Shown: piece by piece, positions 22,246 to 30,426 of the stretch
Layout: every line of letters begins with the position of its first letter
How positions within the stretch are numbered: position 1 is the first letter of the stretch
Assembly (NCBI GenBank): GCA_016219925.1
Contig: JACRJU010000003.1
Location: 22,505 to 86,504, forward strand
Direction of reading: 5' to 3'
Source: Candidatus Uhrbacteria bacterium
Lineage (GTDB): Bacteria; Patescibacteriota; Patescibacteriia; UBA9934; GWF2-40-263
DNA length: 64,000 bases
Program-made: the position numbers and the translations under genes
Notes under the pieces: model-generated
Told to the model about the DNA's origin: nothing
The model's database searches: none
The model's input: only the letters and a program-made list of their open reading frames with translations

Positions 22246-22322
22246 CTGTCATCCTGAAGGAGTTTGTATCGACTGAAGGATCCCGAAGTGTATGGGATCC
22301 TTCGCTTCGCTCAGGATGACAG
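22246..22322. repeat. Palindromic repeat element (family GTCATCCTGARGGAG...CGACTGAAGGATCC / GGATCCTTCG...CTCAGGATGACAG), complete copy
   Basis: About 77-bp imperfect palindrome. The left arm CTGTCATCCTGAAGGAG...CGACTGAAGGATCC, a central CGAAGTGTATG, and the right arm GGATCCTTCGCTTCGCTCAGGATGACAG. Confidence 0.7.
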
Positions 22323-22356
22323 AGCGGTGTGTCATCCTGAAGGAGTCTTCGACTCC

Positions 22357-22396
22357 CCGTCATCCTGAAGGAGATTTAATCGACTGAAGGATCTCG
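22357..22396. repeat. Left arm of a palindromic repeat element split by the GIY-YIG gene
   Basis: CGTCATCCTGAAGGAGATTTAATCGACTGAAGGATCTCGCG; the matching right arm is at 22696-22735. Confidence 0.65.
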
Positions 22397-22399
22397 CGT

Positions 22400-22690
22400 A
22401 TGCGCGAGCATACCTATTACGTTTACATTATTACCAATCTTTCCAACACGGTTTTGTATATCGGGATGACCAGTGATCTCGCGCGCAGGATGGACGCACA
22501 CCAAAGAAAAATTGTTTCTGGATTCGCGTCAAAATACAACTGCCGAAAGTTGGTTTATTATGATGCGACTGATGACGTGATGTCTGCGATTGAACGAGAA
22601 AAAGAGTTAAAGGGTTGGGTGAGAAGAAAAAAGATTGCACTGATTGAGCAGATGAATCCACAATGGAGGGATTTGTCGGAGGATTTTTAA
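22400..22690 (+). CDS. GIY-YIG nuclease family protein (short stand-alone URI-domain endonuclease)
   Basis: 96 aa; YYVYIITN...LYIGMTSDLARRMDAHQ carries GIY(YVY)-YIG and the conserved Arg and Glu (EREKELKGW). The start codon lies inside a CTCGCG-TATG-CGCGAG hairpin at the centre of the palindromic repeat. Confidence 0.85.
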   Translation: MREHTYYVYIITNLSNTVLYIGMTSDLARRMDAHQRKIVSGFASKYNCRKLVYYDATDDVMSAIEREKELKGWVRRKKIALIEQMNPQWRDLSEDF

Positions 22691-22695
22691 ACCTG

Positions 22696-22735
22696 TGATC
22701 CTTCGGTCGGCTGTCGTCTCCCTCAGGATGACAGA
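22696..22735. repeat. Right arm of the palindromic repeat element split by the GIY-YIG gene
   Basis: GATCCTTCGGTCGGCTGTCGTCTCCCTCAGGATGACAGA mirrors the left arm at 22357-22396. Confidence 0.65.
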
Positions 22736-22797
22736 CGCTTCCGTCATCCCGACCGATGTTGCAACCCCTCGTCATCCTGAAGAAGTTTTTGACCCCC

Positions 22798-22872
22798 TGT
22801 CATCCTGAGGGAGTTTATATCGACTGAAGGATCCCGAGGTGTGTGGGATCCTTCGCTTCGTTCAGGATGACA
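22798..22872. repeat. Palindromic repeat element, second complete copy, followed by degenerate GATGACA half-sites to about 22915
   Basis: CTGTCATCCTGAGGGAGTTTATATCGACTGAAGGATCCCGAGGTGTGTGGGATCCTTCGCTTCGTTCAGGATGACAGAAG is near-identical to 22246-22322. Confidence 0.7.
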
Positions 22873-23019
22873 GAAGTTTCGCTTAGGATGACAGATGAGT
22901 AAGATGACAAGAAAATGACCGGGCAATAAAAAAACGCCCGGTCGTGTCGTACGAACCGAGCAGTTGTGCTCACTTGTCGAAGGGCGAGCGAAGGATCTTC
23001 ATATCGATGAGCTTCTGCT

Positions 23020-23634
23020 CTACTCGACCAGGGTGAGGACGAAGATGTCGTTTGGGTCTAGACCGATCAAGGTGATTGTCTTGAGGTCATCCGAGATGTT
23101 CCCGGAGTCCTTGCCGTTGTAGTAGACGAGGTTGCTTCCGTGAACCAGGACACCATCGTCCCAGAGACCGTATACGACCATCTTCACGCCTTTGTCTCCG
23201 ATCTTTGTCTCGACCTCGTACGTACCGTTTCCAAAGCGGTACAACCCCTTCGGAGCAAGCCCCCAGTCGCCGGGCTGGTTCCAGACCACCGTGGTGGTCT
23301 TTTTCGGATCGCCCGTGGCCGTCTTGGGCAGGATCAGGTGCTTGGGGCACCTGATCTGCACCGTGACTACGCCGGTGACGCTCGCCTCGCACGTGCTTAC
23401 GCTCGAGCAGGCGAGGTTCTCGTCGAAGTAGAAGTCTCCGACTAATGGCTTGCCGGTCAGGTCGTTCGGGGCGGTCGCAAGAACCAGCCCCGACTGGTTG
23501 GTGTTGTCGCCAGCATCGGCTCCGCAGCCTCCCTTCTTCTGGCAGTTCGCCAGGTCGCGGGCGGCCTGATCGTCGGTGCCGCACCCCATCGCAAGCGCGA
23601 GGGGCACGCAAAGGACGAGAATGCGCTGCATCAT
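23020..23634 (-). CDS. Secreted hypothetical protein (signal peptide, Cys-containing), high-GC island
   Basis: 204 aa; MMQRILVLCVPLALAMGCG signal sequence; GGAGAG RBS 5 nt upstream; about 65% GC against a background of about 52%. Confidence 0.55.
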   Translation of the reverse strand: MMQRILVLCVPLALAMGCGTDDQAARDLANCQKKGGCGADAGDNTNQSGLVLATAPNDLTGKPLVGDFYFDENLACSSVSTCEASVTGVVTVQIRCPKHLILPKTATGDPKKTTTVVWNQPGDWGLAPKGLYRFGNGTYEVETKIGDKGVKMVVYGLWDDGVLVHGSNLVYYNGKDSGNISDDLKTITLIGLDPNDIFVLTLVE

Positions 23635-23800
23635 CGTACTCTCCTATGCTTACCCCAGTAATGGGGGTCAACTTCATTTGACCCTATTTTTGTGATTTTG
23701 TCAAGCTTTCCGGCCATATCCTAGCCGTGCTATATTGACGGTGCGGGGAAAATAAGGTAAAAAATTCCCTCGCTCTTTCCAAGCGAGCTGGGAGGTTCGG

Positions 23801-24745
23801 ATGCGTTTTTCCACCCTGTTCTGCGCTATCGCGCTGTCCTTCGCGTCCGTGCCGGCCCGCGCGCTGTGCATCAAGGACGCCACCGTCACCGAGCTGATGG
23901 ACGCTGGCCGGAAGGCCGAGCAGGCCTTTAGCCTGGGCGACCTCAAGCACCTGCACAACCAGGCCACCCTCGCACGCGAGGAGATCATCCCGTGTCTCAA
24001 GACGCCGCTTGCCCCCAAGGAAGTGGCGGCCTTTCATCGGCTGATGGCTCTGGACGCGCTCACCCGCTACAACTTCAAGCGGGTAGTCAGCGAATATCAC
24101 GCCGCGCGCCGTCTCGATCCGGGATACATCATCCCGCCCGAGGTGGCCGAAGGTGATCACCCGCTCATCGGCTACTATGCCGACTCCGCCAACGTTCCCG
24201 ACGGTATGGCCGAGCCCGTGTTCGCCCCCGAGGGCGGCTACGTGCTGGTCGGCGGGGTTCGCAACGCTCCGCGCCTGTCGGAGACGCCGGTTGTCATCCA
24301 GGTCTACGGACCGGGAAACGTCTGGGTCGAGACGCGTTACTTCCTCCCCGGGGAGAAGCTCCCCACATGGGGGAAGAACCTGTTCGGCGTTTCGGCCAAG
24401 GACCTCGGCATCGACACCACGCCTCTGTGGCAGAAGCCGACGCCGTGGTACGTCTCGGCCGGCGTATCCGCCGCGCTTGCGGCGGTATTCTATGGCCTGG
24501 CCATGAGCGAAAAGTCGAAGTTCAACAATGTGGGGACCGCGGACAGCGAACTTGCGTCGCACCGCGACCGTGCCAACGGTTTCGGCGTCACCTCGCTGAC
24601 CACCGCAGGGATCGCCGTGATCCTCACTGGTGTCGGCGTGGGCGTTCAGATCCACTTCGGCGGCCAGGACAAACCTTCCATCGCGCCGTCGGCCATGGGG
24701 CTGATGAGTCTGCGCGGACCCTTTGCCACGGGGGTGGATCAATGA
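23801..24745 (+). CDS. Secreted/membrane hypothetical protein co-transcribed with a Ser/Thr kinase
   Basis: 314 aa with an N-terminal signal peptide and C-terminal TM helices; stop overlaps the kinase ATG (ATGA). Confidence 0.5.
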   Translation: MRFSTLFCAIALSFASVPARALCIKDATVTELMDAGRKAEQAFSLGDLKHLHNQATLAREEIIPCLKTPLAPKEVAAFHRLMALDALTRYNFKRVVSEYHAARRLDPGYIIPPEVAEGDHPLIGYYADSANVPDGMAEPVFAPEGGYVLVGGVRNAPRLSETPVVIQVYGPGNVWVETRYFLPGEKLPTWGKNLFGVSAKDLGIDTTPLWQKPTPWYVSAGVSAALAAVFYGLAMSEKSKFNNVGTADSELASHRDRANGFGVTSLTTAGIAVILTGVGVGVQIHFGGQDKPSIAPSAMGLMSLRGPFATGVDQ

Positions 24746-26580
24746 GCAGTCACCCCTCGATGGACATCGAAGCGATTCGGGCCGCATTTGCCGCGCACCG
24801 CGCCGGCCGCTTCCGCATCGACCACTTTGTCGGCAAGGGCGGCATGGGTACGGTATTCTCGGGATTCGATCGCGAGTTCGACCTGCCATGTGCCATCAAG
24901 GTCGTCAACCTTGAGATGCTCGAACGGCCGGACGTCCTCGCGCGGTTCATGTCCGAGGCGAGGATCATGCGCCGCATTCGTCACGGAGCGGTTGTGCAGG
25001 TCTACGATCTGGACCGTTTGCCCGGGGATCTGCCCTTCATCGTTCAGGAATGGATTGAGGGCGGGAGCCTGTCGGGCTACGTGACAAGTCACGGTCCTCT
25101 GTCGCCGGAGATGGCAATCAACGTCATGGTGATCGTCTGCACGGGCATCGAGGAGGCTCATGCCCAAGGCGTGATCCACCGCGACATCAAGGCCGACAAC
25201 ATCTTGCTCACTCCTGAGGGGTACCCCAAGGTCACCGACTTCGGGATCGCCATGATGGAAACCGGGCGCACCCGTCTCACTCAAGATGGAGCGGGCATGG
25301 GGACGCTCGGCCACATGGCGCCTGAACAGATGCAACAGGCGAAGGATGTGGACGAACGCGCCGATGTGCATGCGCTGGGCGTCACATTGTGGGAGATTCT
25401 GACGGGGCAGAAGCCGCCGCCGGGACTCTTCTTCAGCGTTTCGCTCGACTCCGATCCCTTCTTGCTCAACGGGGTTCCCGATGAACTTGTGGTGATCATC
25501 AAGCGCGCAACAGAGATCAGGCGTGAAGCACGCTACCAGAACGTGGCGGAACTGCGCCTCGATCTCGAGACGGCCCGTCCGTCCTTCAACCGGACAGGCA
25601 GGACACAGCTCACGCACGGCTCCGCGCTGGATTCGACAGTTTCCCAGCCAGCGCTTCCGGTGCCTTCGCCATCGAGCCTGCATCCTCCGACAACCACGCA
25701 GACCCCGCCTGTCGTGAATCCTGTCGCCATTGTGGCGCGCCGGATTTCTCGACCTTCGAGCGCACCGCCCGCTTCGTCTGCTGGTCAGGATGATGACCCC
25801 ATCGCTCTGGCAGACACGCACATGGGCGGTGACGGGCATCTCGCTGATGACGTCAGTGCTCCTCTCGAAGAGGTACAGCGCGCGCGTCGTCGTTCGCAGG
25901 TGCGCTTCGTCGGGATCGTCGCGGCCGCACTGTTCATCGGTGGTCTGGCCGCGTGGGCGTTCATGGGACGTCCTTCTCCGGATTCCACCATACCGGCGGT
26001 TAGCGTGCTTGAGCCCCAGCTGGAGCCCAAAGCAAGTCCTGCAACGCCAGTTCCACACGAGCCCGAGGCCACTGCGCTCCCGAGCACGCGCGCTAGTGTT
26101 GAACCGGCACCTGTCATCCCCACTGAACTGCCGACGAGTCCGACGACTCCGGTCGTTGAAAAGGCACCCATGGTCGAGCCGGTCGCTCCGCACGCGCCGG
26201 ATCGCACGGCCAAATACCTCGACGTGTTGGCGGATCACCACGGCAAACAGGGTAAGCCGATCAAGCCGATCAAGCCGGACAAGCATCACCGCGGCGCCAG
26301 TGTGGATGCTCAAGCTACTGGTCAAGTCAAAGCCTCCGAGCCTGACAACGCGCCAGTGCGCGTGAGTGTCTTTTTCCCAGAAGGCGATTCCATCACAGTC
26401 TGGCTGGTCGGGCCGTCTGGACGCCGGACGCTTCCGACAAGCGTCCCGCCCGGCATCTATAAGGTGGTCGGCGATTTCCCAAGCGGGGAACGCACGGCCA
26501 TCTCCGCGCTCACGATCGAAGCGGGCAAGCCGGTGAAGATCACCTGCATCCCGCAAGTCGTGAAGTGCCACGTCCGCTGA
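24742..26580 (+). CDS. Hanks-type Ser/Thr protein kinase, membrane-spanning, with Pro-rich linker and extracytoplasmic C-terminal domain
   Basis: GKGGMGTVF Gly-loop, AIKVV lysine, HRDIKADNILL catalytic loop, DFG, APE motifs. A TM segment (VGIVAAALFIGGLAAWAF) follows the Pro-rich region. The ORF track's upstream start at 24367 overlaps the preceding gene and is probably spurious. Confidence 0.8.
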   Translation: MSSHPSMDIEAIRAAFAAHRAGRFRIDHFVGKGGMGTVFSGFDREFDLPCAIKVVNLEMLERPDVLARFMSEARIMRRIRHGAVVQVYDLDRLPGDLPFIVQEWIEGGSLSGYVTSHGPLSPEMAINVMVIVCTGIEEAHAQGVIHRDIKADNILLTPEGYPKVTDFGIAMMETGRTRLTQDGAGMGTLGHMAPEQMQQAKDVDERADVHALGVTLWEILTGQKPPPGLFFSVSLDSDPFLLNGVPDELVVIIKRATEIRREARYQNVAELRLDLETARPSFNRTGRTQLTHGSALDSTVSQPALPVPSPSSLHPPTTTQTPPVVNPVAIVARRISRPSSAPPASSAGQDDDPIALADTHMGGDGHLADDVSAPLEEVQRARRRSQVRFVGIVAAALFIGGLAAWAFMGRPSPDSTIPAVSVLEPQLEPKASPATPVPHEPEATALPSTRASVEPAPVIPTELPTSPTTPVVEKAPMVEPVAPHAPDRTAKYLDVLADHHGKQGKPIKPIKPDKHHRGASVDAQATGQVKASEPDNAPVRVSVFFPEGDSITVWLVGPSGRRTLPTSVPPGIYKVVGDFPSGERTAISALTIEAGKPVKITCIPQVVKCHVR

Positions 26581-26608
26581 CGAGGGTCTCATTCCCTCGT
26601 TTTTTTGT
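26580..26608 (+). terminator. Rho-independent terminator after the kinase operon
   Basis: ACGAGGG-TCTCATT-CCCTCGT followed by TTTTTTT. Confidence 0.6.
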
Positions 26609-26655
26609 TGCAAAACCTGCGGCTTTGAGGCATCATTGGGGAGAACCATTCTCCT

Positions 26656-27933
26656 ATGCTCGACATCAAAATCTTGAGAGACGATCCGGAAAAAGTAAAA
26701 CTCGCTTGCAAAAACAAAAACGCGGACGTGGATATCGACCGCGTGTTGACGCTCGACAGCGAGCGCCGTCGTTTGCGTGGAGAAATTGATGAGCTTAATC
26801 AGGAGCGAAAGAAAGCGGCGCAGGCAAAGGACATCGAAGAGGGCAAGCGTCTTAAGGGGTATGGAAGTGAACTTGAGGCGCAGTTGAACGCGATTGAGAC
26901 AGAGTTCACGACGTTGATGCTTTCTATCCCGAACCTGCCAAGCGATGATACTCCAGTTGGCAAAGATGAAGCAGAAAATGTGGTGTTGCGAAATTGGGGG
27001 GAGCCGCCAGAGTTCGATTTTGTTCCAAAAGATCATCTGACGATCGGCAGTGCGCTTGGACTCATCGACAGCGAAAAGGCTGTGCAGGTTTCCGGGGTGC
27101 GTTTTACGTATCTCAAGGGCGCGGCCGTTCTGCTTCAGTACGCGTTGGCTCAATTGGCTTTTTCCGTTTTGACGGATCAAGACGAACTTCAGGCTATCAT
27201 CAAAAAAGCGAAGCTCTCCGTAAGCGCCAAACCGTTTACTCCGGTTGCGCCACCGCTCATGATTCGGCCTGATGTGTTTCAAAAGATGGCGCGTCTGGAA
27301 CCCAAAGAGGAGCGCTATTATATCCCATCCGACGACGCCTTTTTGATCGGAAGCGCGGAACATACTCTTGGGCCGCTGCACATGGGCGAGACGCTCAAAG
27401 AGGCCGAACTTCCAGCGCGTTACGTGGCATTCACACCAGCGTTTCGTCGCGAAGCCGGATCCTACGGCAAGGACACCAAAGGGATTTTGCGTCTGCATCA
27501 ATTTGATAAAGTTGAGATGGAATCGTTTAGCACTCCAGACAATGGTCTCGCCGAGCAGGATTTTTTTGTGGCTTTGCAAGAGCACTTCATGCAAACACTC
27601 GACCTTCCGTATCAAGTCGTAATGACATGTACAGGCGATCAAGGCGACCCCGACGCGCGCCATCTCGACATTGAGACGTGGATGCCGGGGCAGGGGAAGT
27701 ATCGAGAAACGCACTCGGCGGATTATATGACGGATTATCAAGCGCGTCGGCTCAACACGAAAGTGAAGCGCGCGGATGGCTCTTTGTCGTTCGTGCACAT
27801 GAATGATGCAACAGCTTTCGCGGTTGGACGAACCCTGATTGCTATTTTGGAAAATTACCAAAACGCAGATGGCAGTGTGACGGTGCCCGAGGCTCTTGCG
27901 GAACTGGTCGGTTTTGGACTGCTGACGGCGTAG
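26656..27933 (+). CDS. serS: Seryl-tRNA synthetase
   Basis: 425 aa; N-terminal coiled-coil arm; class II motifs (FRREAGS..GKDTKGILRLHQFDKVE, motif 3 GSAFAVGRTLIAILENYQ). Confidence 0.9.
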   Translation: MLDIKILRDDPEKVKLACKNKNADVDIDRVLTLDSERRRLRGEIDELNQERKKAAQAKDIEEGKRLKGYGSELEAQLNAIETEFTTLMLSIPNLPSDDTPVGKDEAENVVLRNWGEPPEFDFVPKDHLTIGSALGLIDSEKAVQVSGVRFTYLKGAAVLLQYALAQLAFSVLTDQDELQAIIKKAKLSVSAKPFTPVAPPLMIRPDVFQKMARLEPKEERYYIPSDDAFLIGSAEHTLGPLHMGETLKEAELPARYVAFTPAFRREAGSYGKDTKGILRLHQFDKVEMESFSTPDNGLAEQDFFVALQEHFMQTLDLPYQVVMTCTGDQGDPDARHLDIETWMPGQGKYRETHSADYMTDYQARRLNTKVKRADGSLSFVHMNDATAFAVGRTLIAILENYQNADGSVTVPEALAELVGFGLLTA

Positions 27934-27971
27934 TGTTATACACATTGCGACAATCGTTTTATAGAGAAAAG

Positions 27972-28000
27972 AAAAATGCGCGTTAACCTCGCGCATTTTT
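27972..28000. terminator. Bidirectional Rho-independent terminator after serS
   Basis: Perfect palindrome AAAAATGCGCG-TTAACCT-CGCGCATTTTT. Confidence 0.65.
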
Positions 28001-28379
28001 GATAGATAAATTTTGTTTATGATTTATAACAGTTTCCAATTTTTACGCTCATTTTAGCTAAAAAATGATTGACAGATAAGCTGTTTTTTGATGTGATGAT
28101 AACAGATCGCAACACACCGAACAGTTCTGTCTTGATCGAAGACGAAGTCGCAGATTATGTGACACACCCTTCAGAAACGGCAACACGGGTCTGTCGGTGC
28201 GATCCAAAACGATGCGCTGAATTGGGAGGCAGAGCATCGGACTCACCCACACGCATGGATTGTTCATCTGTGTGACATGAGTCAACACACTCGCGTCGGT
28301 GCGCGCAGGTCCTCGCGCATCCGGCGAGGAGGTTGACTCAATCTCCTCGTGGCGTTCTTTCAAAACAAGGAGAGCGATC

Positions 28380-30362
28380 ATGAGGTCCACCGGATTTGCG
28401 TTCGTGTACTTCATCCTGATGGTCATCGCTGGTTCGTGCGTGGCCCTGGCCACGTCGTGCGGCACGATCGAAGCGCAGATGGACAGCTCGGGCGTCTATG
28501 GCGACGTCGGCGGCGGTGGCGGACAGGTGGTCATGCATCTGCCGTTCTCCCGCGAGCTCTCGACCGAGTGCGTGCAGGGCGTGAACGGGGCTCACAGCCA
28601 CCGTAGCCGCTCCACGCACTTCGATCTGGACCTCGATACCTCAAACGTGGCCGACGAGCCGGTGTTCGCTCCGGTGTCCGGCATCGCGCGCGTGCACACC
28701 GAAGACCCGTCGCGCAACTTCGGCAACCACGTGAACATCGACAACGGCGACGGAACTTACGTCGTGTGCGCGCATCTGCGCATCGCGGTCGTCAAAGATG
28801 ACCAGGAAGTCGCGCAGGGCGAGCTGATCGGCTACGAAGGATGCACGAGTAACTGTACCGGCGATCATGTGCACATCGGTCTGCATCGTGGCGATGCGGG
28901 CAAGATGGCGCAGATGGGCGAGTCCATCCCGTCGGCGTTCTTCGTCGCCCGCGCCAGCAGCCCGCGCGGGTTTGCCGTTATCGAAGGCAAAGACTTCATG
29001 TGCGGCATCCGCGCCATGGGCGACGATCGCGACGGTCTGTTCTACAGCTCCGCGCTCGACACGCCTCTGTTCCATCCCAACGGCTCGCTCGTGAAGCTTG
29101 CGCTCGACCCGCGGGTGTATCGCATCGACAACGGTCTGGTGCGCCACATCGCAAACGAAGACGTGTTCCGCAGTTACAGCTACACCTTCGAAGATGTCGC
29201 TCTGATCTCCGATGAGGAGATGACTTGTTACGGGGAGGGGAGCGAGATCAGCGAGCACGGCATGGTCAACGCGGTCAATGGTCCGGATGGTGCGCTTTGG
29301 CTCGTAGTCGGCATGTGGGACAGCCCGGCTCGTTACCGCATCCGTATCCGTCAGCAGGGTTGGGAGCAGGTCGTGCGCTCTTGGGGACTCGAGTATGACG
29401 GCATGGATGTCCCCCTTTTCATCGATGTGACTCACGGGTACTGGGTGCATTGGAACGAACGCCCGGGGTATGCGAAGTTTCGCGATGGCACGCTCGTGAA
29501 GGAACGCCGACGCTCGGACATCTACGTCATCTCCGACGGGGTGGCCGTGCCGATCCGCGACTGGGAGACCTATCTCTTGCTCGGCTTTGCCGATCGGACG
29601 TTCCTGACGGTCGGGCCCGGAGTGGTCGCGCAGGTGATGGGATCGGTGGGAAGCTGTAACGGTTCGAGCTGGTGCTTGGATCGGGAGGCGGCGTTCATCT
29701 GCGCAGGAGGATTCGATGGTGAGCCTCCGGCTGACAACACCAAGCCGGGTCCCTCTTTGGATGAAGGCACCGCGCCGCAGGCGCATAGCCCACCGGACAA
29801 CTCCGTACCTCAAAACTCCAACATCCCCGCTCAAGACGACAACCGAGGCGGGACTCAAAATGATCCGTCCGCCGACCCGTCCGAGTCGACACCTCTCGCG
29901 CAGTCCTGCGAAGGCCGTGTGGGGTGCCTCATCGATGCTCGCGGTATCGGCATGGCGCAAACCCTTGCGCTTTCGGATCAGCTCTGGCTGGATCCTGCGA
30001 GCACGAGGTGGGACGCGTACCTGTACGGCTACGGGGACTGCTTCGACAGCTACCCCGACGGCCATCAAGTGATCCACTCCATCGGCGGCTTCTACCAGAT
30101 CGACTTCTCGAGCATCAATCGTTCGTGCACGATGCTCATGACCCTCATCTCCTCGATCGGAACGGACGGCTTGCCGCCCGATGAGCAGATGTCGAACTGG
30201 AATTGGTGGCAGAGCGAGACCTTGTGTCGTCCGGGCACCCCGATCTGCAACCTCATGAACAACGGAACTTCTTGGGAAGCGTGGCTGTTGTCGCTCGCGT
30301 GGGATCCGCAAACGGGTCTGACCGCAACCGGCAACGCGCTGACCAGCAACGCGCAACTCTAG
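28380..30362 (+). CDS. M23 family (LytM-like) metallopeptidase, secreted/lipoprotein-like, with about 450-aa C-terminal extension
   Basis: Start chosen at the ATG with an AGGAG RBS (the ORF track begins 81 nt earlier). Signal sequence FILMVIAGSCVALATSCG; HxxxD (HFDLD) and HxH (GDHVHIGLH) M23 motifs; about 64% GC against a background of about 50%, and the composition switches abruptly at the stop codon. Confidence 0.7.
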   Translation: MRSTGFAFVYFILMVIAGSCVALATSCGTIEAQMDSSGVYGDVGGGGGQVVMHLPFSRELSTECVQGVNGAHSHRSRSTHFDLDLDTSNVADEPVFAPVSGIARVHTEDPSRNFGNHVNIDNGDGTYVVCAHLRIAVVKDDQEVAQGELIGYEGCTSNCTGDHVHIGLHRGDAGKMAQMGESIPSAFFVARASSPRGFAVIEGKDFMCGIRAMGDDRDGLFYSSALDTPLFHPNGSLVKLALDPRVYRIDNGLVRHIANEDVFRSYSYTFEDVALISDEEMTCYGEGSEISEHGMVNAVNGPDGALWLVVGMWDSPARYRIRIRQQGWEQVVRSWGLEYDGMDVPLFIDVTHGYWVHWNERPGYAKFRDGTLVKERRRSDIYVISDGVAVPIRDWETYLLLGFADRTFLTVGPGVVAQVMGSVGSCNGSSWCLDREAAFICAGGFDGEPPADNTKPGPSLDEGTAPQAHSPPDNSVPQNSNIPAQDDNRGGTQNDPSADPSESTPLAQSCEGRVGCLIDARGIGMAQTLALSDQLWLDPASTRWDAYLYGYGDCFDSYPDGHQVIHSIGGFYQIDFSSINRSCTMLMTLISSIGTDGLPPDEQMSNWNWWQSETLCRPGTPICNLMNNGTSWEAWLLSLAWDPQTGLTATGNALTSNAQL

Positions 30363-30410
30363 CGCATCTCCTGTGCACAACATCTGTGCGCAGGTTTTTC
30401 GTTTTTCTGT

Positions 30411-30416
30411 TATAAT
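30411..30416 (+). promoter_or_regulatory. Candidate -10 box (TATAAT) 10 nt upstream of the VirB6-like ATG (leaderless or very short leader)
   Basis: TATAAT at 30411-30416 preceded by direct repeats TCTGTGCACAA/TCTGTGCGCAG; no convincing -35. Confidence 0.25.
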
Positions 30417-30426
30417 TTGTGCAGTT

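Noticed and set aside
21365-22363. 332-aa minus-strand ORF
   Set aside because: Overlaps the 3' end of the giant gene and runs through the palindromic repeat cluster; the translation is low-complexity.
22918-22944. GACCGGGC-AATAAAAAAAC-GCCCGGTC hairpin as terminator
   Set aside because: The A/T run is inside the loop rather than following the stem on either strand, so it is not a canonical intrinsic terminator; possibly part of the repeat-cluster boundary.
24367-24741. Upstream extension of the kinase ORF
   Set aside because: It overlaps the preceding gene by 375 nt and its translation is Arg-rich junk. The conserved kinase N-terminus and an ATGA overlap start at 24742.
23684-24889. 401-aa minus-strand ORF
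   Set aside because: Antisense to the secreted/membrane protein gene in the GC-rich island; Arg/Gly-rich low-complexity translation.
24739-27996. 1085-aa ORF on the minus strand
   Set aside because: Antisense to the Ser/Thr kinase and serS. It is Arg/Ala/Pro-biased in the way typical of shadow ORFs in high-GC DNA, has no motifs, and overlaps two well-supported genes.
30373-30426. Longer start for the VirB6-like gene
   Set aside because: No RBS at 30373, and a TATAAT box at 30411-30416 would lie inside the coding sequence. The ATG at 30427 gives a canonical signal-peptide N-terminus (MKHIFTRIFLAV...). This is not excluded.
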